64,000 nucleotides of DNA, from the NCBI GenBank assembly GCA_030390025.1, contig CM059431.1, positions 134,170,001 through 134,234,000 of the forward strand, given 5' to 3'. Below the pieces are notes generated by a model that worked only from the letters and a program-made list of their open reading frames with translations, made no database searches and had not been told where the DNA came from. A program made the translations under genes and the position numbers. This stretch comes from Squalus acanthias. Its lineage: Eukaryota. Each line of letters opens with the position of its first letter. The stretch's first letter is position 1. Positions 26,752-37,349 of the stretch are shown piece by piece.

Positions 26752-28030
26752 CATACGAACATATGAATTAGGAGCAGGAGTAGGCCACTCGGCCCCTCGA
26801 GCCTGCTCCGCCATTCAATAAGATCATGGCTGATCCGATTATTCCACATTCCCGCCTACCCCCGATAACTTTTCACCCCCTTGCTTACCAAGAATCTATC
26901 TACCTCTGCCTTAAAAATATTCAAAGACTCTGCTTCCACCGCCCTCTGAGGAGAGAGTTCCAAAGACTCACGACCTTCTGTGAGAAAATTGTTTTCCTCA
27001 TCTCTGTCTTAAATGGGCGACTCCTTATTTTTAAACAGTGACCCCTAGTTCTAGATTCTCCCACAAGAGGAAACATCCTCTCCACATCCACCCTGTCCAG
27101 ACCCCTCAGGATCTTATATGTTTCAATCAAGTCACCTCTTACTCACAGAATCCCCACAGTGCAGATAGAGGCCATTTCAGCCCATCGAGCCTGCACTGAC
27201 ACATTTCCCACCCTATCCCCGTAACCCCACGTATTTAATCCCCCCCTAACACTAAGGGTCAATTTATCACAGCCAAATCAACCTAACCCGCACATCTTTG
27301 GACTGTGGGAGGAAACCGGAGCACCCGGAGGAAACCTACGCAGACACGGGGAGAATGTGCAAACTCCACACAGACAGTTACCCGGGGCCGGATTCGAACC
27401 CGGGTCCCTGGCGCTGTGAGGCAACAGTGCTAACCACTATGCCACCGTGTTACTCTTCTAAACTCCAGCGGATACAAGCCTAGCCTGTCCAACCTTCCCT
27501 CATAAGACAACCCGCCCATTCCAGGTATTAGTCTAGTAAACCTTCTCTGAACTGCTTCCAATGCATTTACATCCTTCCTTAAATAAGGAGACCAATACTG
27601 TACACAGTACTCCAGATGTGGGTGTGACTGCCTCCTGGAATAAAGTGTCCAGGTAACTTTCCCCCTCCCTGATGCATCGCAGAGTCCGCAGCTCGGCCTC
27701 CAGCTCATCAACTCTGAGCCGAAGCTCCTCAAGCCGTAGACACTTACCGCAGACGTGTTCGTCCTGGATCACACTGGCGTCCAGGAGCTCCCACATACTG
27801 CAGTCGCAACACATCACCTGCCCTGCCATCTTTATTGAGTCTTAATTAATTTATTTTTATTAATTAATAATTAACAAACCCTACTACACCTAATAAGATT
27901 TATTACTGCTAGTAAACTAGTACTAATGAAACCTTACAATGACTAATAAATTTCCTGGGCTTTAAAAGATAAGGGAAGTGAGCAAAATACTCACGAAGCA
28001 ATCACTTACCCTTTTCCCTGTGATGTCACC
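26752..28030 (-). mobile_element. Internally deleted CR1: 5'UTR and ORF1 N-terminus joined to the ORF2 3' end and tail
   Basis: ORF1 MAGQVMCCDCSMWE..CGKCLRLEELRLRV (27829-27623) abuts PHLEYCVQYWSPYLRKD; CR1 tail at about 26752. Confidence 0.8.
27145..27449 (-). mobile_element. tRNA-derived V-SINE (HE1-like)
   Basis: Minus-strand A-box (tggcatagtgg) and B-box (ggttcgaatcc), V-domain-like ggaggaaaccggagcacccggaggaaacc, CR1-derived tail, 6-bp TSD TTACTC. Confidence 0.85.
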
Positions 28031-30022
28031 TTTTATTTTTCTCCACATGCAGAATACTCCATGACAGTATTGCTAAGAGTGTCCACCACACAGTCCTTGT
28101 GGAGACAAAGTCCCGTCTTCACACTGAGGACACCCTCCATCATGTTGTGTGGCACTACCACTATGCTAAATAGGATAGATTCAGAACTGATATAGCAACT
28201 CAAAACTGGACATCCATGAGGAGCTGTGCGACATCAGCAGCAGCAGAATTGTTTTCCACCACAATCTGTAGCCTCATAGCCTGGTATATCCTTCATTCTA
28301 CCATTACCATCAAGACAGGGGATCAATCCTGGTTTAATGAGGAGTATAGAAGAACATGCCAGGAGCAGCACCAGCCATACCTAAAAATGAGGTGCCAACC
28401 TGGTGAAGCTACAACACAGGACTACATGCATGCTAAACAGCGGAAGCAGCATGCTACAGACAGAGCTAAGCGATCCCACAAACAACGGATCAGATCAAAG
28501 CTCTGCAGTCCAGCCATATCCAGTCGTAAATGGTGGTGGACAATTAAATAACTAATGCGAGGAGAAGGCTCCATGAGCGCCCCCACACTCAATGATGGCG
28601 TAGCCCAACACGTGAGTGCAAAAATCAAGGCTGAAGCATTTGCAACCATCTTCAGCCAGAAGTGCCAAGTGGTTGATCCATCTTGGCTTCCTCCCGAGAT
28701 CTCCATTGTCACAGAAGCCAGTCTTCAGCCAATTTGATTCACTCCTCGTGATATCAAGAAACGGCTGAGCGCACTGGGTACAGCAAAGACTATGGGCCCC
28801 GACAACATCACGGCTGTAGTGCTGAAGTCTTGTGCTCCAGAACTAGCCGCGTCTCTAGCCAAGCTGTTCCAGTACAGCTACAACACTGGCATCTACCCGA
28901 TAAAGAGGAAAATTGCCCAGGTATGCCCTGTGGTGGAGCCCAGCACGTGAGTGCAAAAGACAAGGCTGAAGCATACGCAACCCTTTCAGCCAGAAGTGGC
29001 AAGTGGATTATCCATCTCGGCCTCCTCCTGCTGTCCAAACCATCACAGAAGCCAGTCATCAGCCAATTTGATTCACACCACATGATATCAAGAAACAGCT
29101 GAGCGCACTGGATACAGCAAAGAATCCTAGCTGTCGTGCTGAAGACTTGTGCTCCAGAACTAGCCGCTCCTCTAGCCAAGCTGTTCCAGTACAGCTACAA
29201 CATTGGCATCTACCCGACAATGTGAAAAATTGCCCAGGAATGTCCTGCCCACAAGAAGCAGGGCAAATCTAATCCGGCCAATTACTGCCCCATCAGTCTA
29301 CTCTCAATCATCAGCAAAGTGATGGAAGGTGTCATCGACAGTGCTATCAAGCAGCACTTACTCACCAATAACCTGCTTACCAATGCTCAGTTTGGGTTCC
29401 GCCAGGACCACTCAGCCCCAGACCTCATTACAGCCTTGGTCCAAACATGCAAAACAGCTGAATTCCAGAGATGAGGTGAGAGCGACTGCCCTTGACATCA
29501 AGTCAGCATTTGACCAAGTGTGGCATCAAGGAGCCCTAGTAAAATTGAAGTCAATGGGAATTATGGGGAAAACTCTCCACTGGCTGGAGTCATACCTAGC
29601 ACAAAGGAAGATGGTTGTGGTTGTTGGAGCCCACTCATCTCAGGCCCAGGACATCGCTGCAGGAGTTCCTCAGGGCAGCGTCCTAGGCCCAACGATCTTC
29701 AGCCGTTTCATCAATGGCCTTCCCTCATCGGAAGATCAGAAGAGCGGATGTTCGACGATGATTGCACAGTGTTCAGTTCCATTTGCAATTCCTCAGATAA
29801 TGAAGCAGTCTATGCCTGCATGCAGCAAGACCTGGATGACATTCAGGCTTGGGCTGATAAGTGGCAAGTAACATTTATGCCACACAAGTGTAGGGTTTGG
29901 CCGGTGGCAACATCAGTGGATGCATGTGCCTCAAGGATTTTTGGACTTTTAAAATGGATATGTATCCTTTTAAAATGGAGACACACGTGGGCTGCGTTTT
30001 AAAAATGGAGTTTGGACTTTTG

Positions 30023-30887
30023 GGGGGAAAAATTCAGTATCGCCCCGTTTGGGGCACCATTATCGGCCGTGCGCAAAGTTTAGCGCCTGGCGCTAATTAT
30101 CGCCTCCGACTGCAAACTTTACTTTTATCGCCCCTGGAGGTGATTGGAGCGCTAAATCAGGCGCTACACATCTGTCTTAAGGCGCAAAGGCCGAGGAGCG
30201 AGGTGCTACCTCAGAGCGCTGGCGAAGCTCATGTGATGTCAGTCAGCAATGGAACACACACACAATGGCCCCGGCCAGTTCTTAAAGGGGAGGGTCGCTC
30301 TTGCTCTACATCCACACCCTGCTCATTGCAGCCTTGAATCTCGGCCTGGAGAGACCTGCACATCATATCTGTTGGAAAGAACAATGGAGAGGCCCAGGGA
30401 AAGAGCTCAGACGGCAGCCCCCATATTCTCCTCTAAATCGCTGCAAGGAAGATCAAACCAGAAAGAACCTGCAAAGTGCTGCTCAGTACCCAAAACTCCT
30501 CAACACAGCTTTGAATATCTCCTGCAGTCTCTCCCTCTCACTCAGAATGCGTGGCGCAAAAATTTCGCCGACAAAAAAAGACAGGAAGTGGTCGCCTTTC
30601 AATAGCGCTCCCCCAGTCCCTTCCTGACTGCAAAACGCTCCCCTCAACCTGTCGTTGCTAGCGGCAGGCAGTAAGACAGGGGGTGCCACTCAATATCCGG
30701 TCCGGGGCGCTACATTCTCGACTGGCACAGGAGATCGTGGCGGTAGTGTTTAGCGCCGCCGCAAAATGTCTAGTTAATTTCGTGAGCGGCGCAAAGATCG
30801 CCGCGCACAGGCACTAGTTGCTTTGCACCCCATTGGCGCCCACTTAAGGCGCTAACGGGAGGCGCAATCCAACTGAATTTTTCCCCC
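30023..30887 (-). mobile_element. Non-autonomous Harbinger derivative (865 bp), copy 2
   Basis: TIR GGGGGAAAAATTCAGT at both ends; TSD TTG; homologous to 7541-8435. Confidence 0.9.
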
Positions 30888-31572
30888 TTGGACTTTAAAA
30901 GGGACTGCCTGTTGGTTTTTGTGAAGATAGCAGGAACTGTCTGTTTTTTGGGCTGCCATGGGACCTGTCTCAACGCTGACATCATGAAAGGCAGGAGCCT
31001 TTTCATATTCGAACTTGTGAGATTTGGGGAAAACCACCCTTTGTCCATGGAGCCGGGATGTCTGGATGGACAATGAGGTTTGGAGGCCAAAAGTAACACC
31101 TCTGGATTCTTTCAATGAAGGAGCAGTCAAGAACTTAACAAACAGTTAGCAATTCGAGTACTGCTCATCTACAATAATGGCTTAACATTATTTTCTTCAA
31201 GATGACCAATCCAGGACATGAGACATCACCAGGTAAACCAACTAGCATCTCTGCGACCATGGTAACCAGGAATTGCCCAGCAAGTTTTGTGTATTGCACG
31301 GGGTATAAACATGCTGAACTTTGGGGATGCAGAGCTTCTTGGTTTGTTGGTTGTTGTCTGCCTGCTTCTCTCTACCATCTGTAACGGGGTTCTCCGCATA
31401 ACTACGCGTCCGCCAACTCTCCAGTAACGCCCGAAGTTAGTGCCTCGCTGTACCGCCTGAACGCAACTCTCTAGGCCTCATCGCATGCCTCTGTTAGGCA
31501 CGGTTTTGTCTCCGGAGTCGAACGGAGCCGGGACCGCGTGAATCAACGACAAGGGCTGGTAATTATATCCAG

Positions 31573-31956
31573 AATTGAGAGGTCGCACAACACCAGGTTA
31601 TAGTCCAACAGTTTTATTTGAAATCACAAGCTTTCGGAGCTATCGATTTGCTCCTTCCTCAGGTGAAGTAAATTAGATACAGAATCTCCAAAGCATATAT
31701 AGATGGAAAACAAAGCATGTGTACTTTACAATTGCAGACCAAACTTATTGGTCTGCAATTGTAAAGTACACATGCTTTGTTTTCCATCTATATATGCTTT
31801 GGAGATTCTGTATCTAATTTACTTCACCTGAGGAAGGAGCAAATCGATAGCTCCGAAAGCTTGTGATTTCAAATAAAACTGTTGGACTATAACCTGGTGT
31901 TGTGCGACCTCTCAATTTTGTCCACCCCAGTCCAACACCGGCATCTCCGCATCATG
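31573..31956. mobile_element. Penelope-like inverted pLTR insertion: perfect 170-bp hairpin plus 39-bp tail
   Basis: 31573-31742 is the exact reverse complement of 31748-31917 (loop actta); 12-bp TSD aattatatccag. Confidence 0.88.
31824..31866 (+). ncRNA. Putative minimal type I hammerhead ribozyme (mirror copy on the minus strand at 31624-31666)
   Basis: tcac-CTGAGGA-a-GGAGC-aaatcgata-GCTCC-GAAA-gc-TT-gtga: stem I tcac/gtga, stem II, and palindromic aagctt in place of stem III. Confidence 0.7.
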
Positions 31957-32719
31957 AATTATATCCAGCACACACCTCTAGAAATCCCCAAGACCGCCCG
32001 CGTGTTTTGCTGCTGAGGAACTGCAAGTGTCCAAGACGCAGGCTAGCACATGTGTGTGTGTGAGGAGGCTTCCAAGTATGGGTTCTGACCAAACCGGGAG
32101 AGGGGTTTAGTTAGAAGGGTTTTTGCCTTATCTAGGCTTAGATTCTGGGAAGGGGTTGGTTCGGCGTAACCAACAGGGTGGATATTTTAGTCTAAAGTTA
32201 TAAGCTAGTGTCCATGGTCATCTACTCGTTCTGCCGTAAGTGAGAGGAGTAGGGATTGTCGTTTTTGTGAGTGTAATAAAAGGAATCGATCTTTGACCAA
32301 CCTGAACCGTTTTGTTGCAGGCATTAGACTCTCAGATTTATAATTAATAAGATTAGCTAGAGTGGACAAGAGAGACTCATTAAGCCAAGGCCCTACAATA
32401 TCATTGTTCATATCTCGGTCTGGTCCAAGTGTTGATCAACATCCACTGATTTCCAAATTTGTCATTCCCACCATCCACACTCAAACCCTTCCAACCCCAC
32501 TTCCTTCTGTATCCGTCTTGGTAAAAAAAAAACTCTCCCTCAAGTCACTTATAACTGCAATTCCAAATTCCCAACTATGGCTTTCCATTCACCTCAACAC
32601 TTCTATACCCGTCAATTTGCAACCACTCCCTCACCCCCTCTTTTGATGCCCTTGTTCCGAACAAAACATTGACTCTCTCCCAACCCAGTCATACCCTAAG
32701 ATGAGCCTTACGATGAGAG

Positions 32720-34842
32720 AAGGTCATTGATGAAGCAGCTGAAGATGGTTGGGCCTAGGACACTGCCCTGAGGAACTCCTGCAGTGATGTCCTGGGGCTG
32801 AGATGATTGGCCTCCAACAACCACAACCATCTTCCTTAGTGCTAGGTATGATTCTACCCAGTGGAGTTCCTTTTTTTATTCGATGTGGGCGTCGCTGGCA
32901 AGGCCAGCATTTATTGCCCATCCCTAGTTGCCCTTGAGAAGGTGGTGGTGAGCTGCCTTCTTGAACTGCTGCAGTCTGTGTGGTGTAAGTACTCCCACAG
33001 TGCTGTTAGGGAGGAAGTTCCAGGATTTTAACCCAGCGACGATGAAGGAACGGCAATATACTTCCAAGTCAGGATTGTGTGTGACTTGGAGGGGAACTTT
33101 CAGGTGATGGGGTTCCCATGCGCCTGCTGCACTTGTCCTTCTAGGTGGTAGAGGTTGCGGATTTGGGAGGTGTTGCCGAAGAAGCCTTGGCGAGTTGCTG
33201 CAGTGCATTTGTAGATGGTACACACTGCAACCACGGTACGCCAGTAGTGGAGGGAGTGAATGTTTAAGGTGGTGGATGGGGATCCAATCAAGCGGGTTGC
33301 TTTGTCCTGGATGGTGTCGAGCTTCTTGAGTGTTGTTGAAGCTGCACTAATCCAGGCAAGTGGAGAGTATTCCATCACACTCCTGACTCGTGCCATGCAG
33401 AATACCCAGCCTCTGACCCACTCTTGTTGCCACAGTATCACAGTATTTATGTTGCTGGTCCAGTTAAGTTTCTGGTCAATGGTGACCCCAGGATGTTGAT
33501 GGTGGGGAATTCGGCGATGGTAATGCCGTTGAATGTCATGGGGAGGTGATTAGACTCTCACTTGTTGGAGATAGTCATTGCCTTGCACTTGTGTGGCACG
33601 AATGTTACTTGCCACTTATCAGCCCAAGCCTGAATGTTGTCCAGGTCTTGCTGCATGCGGGCATGGACTGCTTCATTTTCTAAGGAGCTGCGAATTGAAC
33701 TGAACACTGTACAATCATCAGTGAACATCCGCACTTCTGACCTTATGATGGAGGGAAGGTCATTGATGAAGCAGCTGAAGAGGGTTGGGCCTAGGACACT
33801 GCCCTGAGGAACTCCTGCAGCGATGTCCTGGGGCTGAGAAGATTGACCTCCAACTATCATAACCATCTTCCTTTGTGCTAGGTATGACTGCAGCCAGTAG
33901 ACTGTTTCTCTTCTGATTCCCATTGACTTCAATATTACTAGGGCTGCTTGATGCCACACTCGGTCAAATGCTGCCTAGATGTCAAGGGCAGTCGCTCTCA
34001 CCTCACCTCTGGAATTCAGCTCTTTTGTCCATGTTTGGAACAAGGCTGTAATGAGGTCTGGAGCTGAGTGGTCCTGGCAGAACCCAAACTGAGCATCGGT
34101 GAGCAGGTTATTGGTGAGGAAGTACCACTTGATAGCACTGTCGATGACACCTTCCATCACTGTGCTGATGATTGAGAGAAGGCTGATGGGGTGTTAATTG
34201 GCTGGATTGGATTTAGAATCATAGAGTGGTTACAGCACGGAAGAAGGCCATTGGGCCCATCAAGCTCATGCCAGCTCTCTGCAAGAGCACTTCAGCTTGT
34301 CCCACTCCCCCACCCTTCTCCCCTAGCCCAGCAAATTTCTTTCCTTCAAATACTTATCCAACTCCCTTTTGAAAGCTATGATTCGTCCTGCTTTTCGTGG
34401 ACAGGACATACCTGGGCAGTTTTCCATATTGTTGGGTAGATGCCAGTGTTGTAGCTGTACTGGAACAGCTTGGCTAGAGTTGCTGCTAGTTCTGGAGCAC
34501 AAGTCTTCAGCACGACTGCCAGAATGTTGTCGGGTCTTGGCTGTATCCAGGGCGCTCAGCCGTTTCTTGATATCACGTGGAGTGAATTGAATTGACTGAA
34601 GACTGGCTTCTGTGATGGTGGGGAACTCAGGAGGAGGCCGAGATGGATCATCCACTCGGCACTTATGGCTGAAGATGGTTGCAAACGCTTCAGCCTTGTG
34701 TTTTACACCCGCGTGCTAGGCTCTGCTGTCATTGAGGATGGGGATATTCATGGAGCCTCCTCCTCCGGTGAGTTGTTTAATTCTCCACCACCATTCACGA
34801 CTGGATGTGACAGGACTGCAGAGCTTTGATCTGATCCGTTGA
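32720..34842 (-). mobile_element. Family B LINE fragments with a short CR1 3' insertion (about 34214-34381)
   Basis: GVPQGSVLGP, FTDD and WADKWQVTF motifs; family 3' tail at about 32875-32925. Confidence 0.8.
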
Positions 34843-36740
34843 GTATATTCAAGGCTGAGATACGTAGATTTCTGGACGCTAGGGGAATCAAGGGATATGG
34901 AGATTGGGAAAGTGGAGTTGAGGTTGAAGATCAGCTAAGATTTAATTAATGGCGGAGCAGAATCGAGGGGCATATGGCCTACTCCTGCTCCTAATTTTTA
35001 TGTTCTTATGTTCCTATATTCTTATGTCCAAAAATCTACATATCTCAGCCTTGAATATACTCAACGACTGAGCATCCACAGCTCTGTCGGGTAGAGAATT
35101 CCAAAGATTCACAACCCTCTGAGTGAAGAAATTCCTCTTCATCTCAGTCTTAAAATGCTGACCCCTTATCCTGAGACTATGCCCCCTAGTTCTAGACACT
35201 CCAACCAGGGAAAACAACCTCTCAGCATCTACCCTGTCACTCCCCCTCGGAATCTTATTTGTTTCAATGAGATCACCTCTCATTCTTCTAAACGCCAGAG
35301 AGTATAGGCCCATTCTACTCAATCTCTCCTCACAGGACAACCCTCTCATCCCAGGGATCAATCTAGTGAACCTTTGTTGCACCACCACTAAGGTAAGTAT
35401 ATCCTTCCTTAGATAAGGAGACCAAAACTGTGCACAGTACTCCAGGTGTGGTCTCACCAAAGCCCTGTACAACTGTAGGAAGTACTCCTTACTCTTGTAC
35501 TCCAACTCCCTTGCAAAAAGACCAACATGCCATTTGCCTTCCTAATTGCTCGCTGTACCTGCATGCTAACTCTCTGTGCTTCCTGCACTAGGACGCGTAA
35601 ATCTCTCTCAACACCAACATTTAATAGTTTCTCACCATTTAAAAAATATTGGGGGAGAAAATCGGCATCGCCCTGTTTGGGGTGCAATTATCGGCCGGGC
35701 ACAAAGTTTCGCGCCTGGCGCTAATTATCGCCTCCGACTGCAAACTTGGCTTCTATCGCCCCTGGAGGTGATTGGAGCGCTAAATCAGGTGCTACACACC
35801 TCTCTTAAAGTGCTAACGCCGAGGAGCGAGGTACTAACTCAGAGCGCTGGCGAACCTCATGTGATGTCAGTCAGCAATGGAACACAGACACACTGGCGCC
35901 GGCCATTTCCTAAAGGGGAGGGTCCATCTTGCTCTCCATCTACACCCTGCTCATTGCAGCCTTGAACCTCAGCCTGGAGAGACCTGTACATCAATTCTGC
36001 TGGAAAGAACAATGGAGAGTCCCAGGAAAAGAGCTCAGAGTGCAGCCCCGGTAGTCTCTTCTAAATTGATGCAAGGAAGGACAAATCAAAATTAACCTGC
36101 AAAGTGCAGCTCAATACCCAAAGCTCCTTCACACAGTGTTGAGTCTCTCCAGAAGTCTCTCTCTCTCTCTCAGAATATGTGGTTCAAAAATGTCACCGAC
36201 AAAAAAAGTCAGGAAGTGGTCGCCTTTAAATAGCGCTCCCCTAGTCCCTTCCCGACTGCAAAACGTTCCCCTCAACCTGTCATTGCTAGAGGCAGGCAGT
36301 AAGGCAGGGGGTGCCACTCAATATCCGGTCCAGGGCACTACCGGGGCATTGCACGCTCGACTGACGACACGATCTGAGGGCGCAGGAGATCGTGGCGGTA
36401 GTGTTTATCACCGCCACAAAATTTCTGGTCAATTTCGTGAGCGGCGCAACCATCGCCGCGCCCGGGCGCTAGTTGCTTTGCGACCCATTAGCACTCTCTT
36501 AAAGTGCTAACGGGAGGCGCAAAGCAACCAAATTTTTCCCCCATTCTGTTTTCCTATTGTTCCTACCAAAGTGAATAACCTCACATTTCCCCACATTATA
36601 CTCCATCTGCCACCTTATTGCCCACTTAACCTGTCTATATCTTTTGCAGGCTCTTTGTGTCCTCCTCACAGCTTACTTTCCCACCTAGCTTTGCATCGTC
36701 AGCAAACTTGGATACATTACACTTGGTCCCTTCATCTACC
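34842..36740. mobile_element. Two CR1 3' pieces tail to tail (+ 34842-35013; - about 35015-36740)
   Basis: (ttcttatg)n tail at about 35000; ORF 35014-35505 is a CR1 ORF2 C-terminus; the minus copy continues after the MITE. Confidence 0.75.
35651..36542 (-). mobile_element. Non-autonomous Harbinger derivative (892 bp), copy 3
   Basis: TIRs GGGGGAGAAAAT / rc GGGGGAAAAATT; TSD ATT; CR1 is continuous across it. Confidence 0.9.
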
Positions 36741-37349
36741 TTTTTTAGCCAGTACATAGCAAGCCGAACAAGAGAGGAGGCGGTTCAGGACTTAGTTTTA
36801 GGGAATCAAGATGGGCAGACCAAAGGGGTATCAGTGAGAGACCATTTTGGTGGTAGCGATTATAATTCAGTTAGATTTAGCGCAGTTATGGAAAAGGATG
36901 AAGATAGATCAGGAGTAAAAGTTCTCAATCGGGGAAAGGCCAATAATACTAAGCTGAGATGTGATTTAGCAAAAGTGGACTGGAAACAGTTACTTGAAGT
37001 TAAATCAGTGTCAGAGCAGTGGGAGGCATTCAAGCAGGAGATGGTGAGGGTTCAGACTAAGTATGTTCCCACAAAGAAAAATGGTGGGACTCCCAAATCT
37101 AGAGCCCCCTGCAGGTCAAGGAGCATACGGGGTAGGCTAAGGCAAAAAAAGGAAGCTTATGGCAGCTACCAAGCGCTAAATGCTGCAGAAAGCCTAGAGG
37201 AGTATAGAAAGTGCAGGGGTGAAATTAAAAAGGAAATTAGGAAAGGAAATAGAGGGCATGAAAAAAGATTGGCAAGTAAAATCAAGGAAAACCCAAAGAT
37301 GTATTACAAATACATAAAGAGCAAGAGGATAACTAAAGAAAGAGTAGGG

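Larger units (their letters stand above)
26390..29888 (+). mobile_element. Family B LINE, degenerate, interrupted by CR1 and with an internal duplicated segment
   Basis: Endonuclease-region gggggacttcaatgtccat (GDFN), RT motifs ALDIKSAFD and GVPQGSVLGP. Sequence at about 28600-28925 recurs at about 28931-29240. Confidence 0.75.
29889..32397 (+). mobile_element. Probable long solo LTR (about 1.25 kb after removing two nested insertions)
   Basis: Termini TGTAGGG...CCCTACA; AATAAA at 32275; non-coding; no matching TSD. Confidence 0.5.

Noticed and set aside
30249..30605. Recurrent MEHTHNG.. ORF in four places as a small gene family
   Set aside because: It recurs because the Harbinger copies are homologous; it is an upstream in-frame extension before the Myb ATG, and the copies diverge in length and frame.
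34842..35070. Twin-priming 5' inversion of one CR1
   Set aside because: The geometry is tail to tail, not an inverted 5' part followed by the tail, so two insertions or a later rearrangement is more likely.
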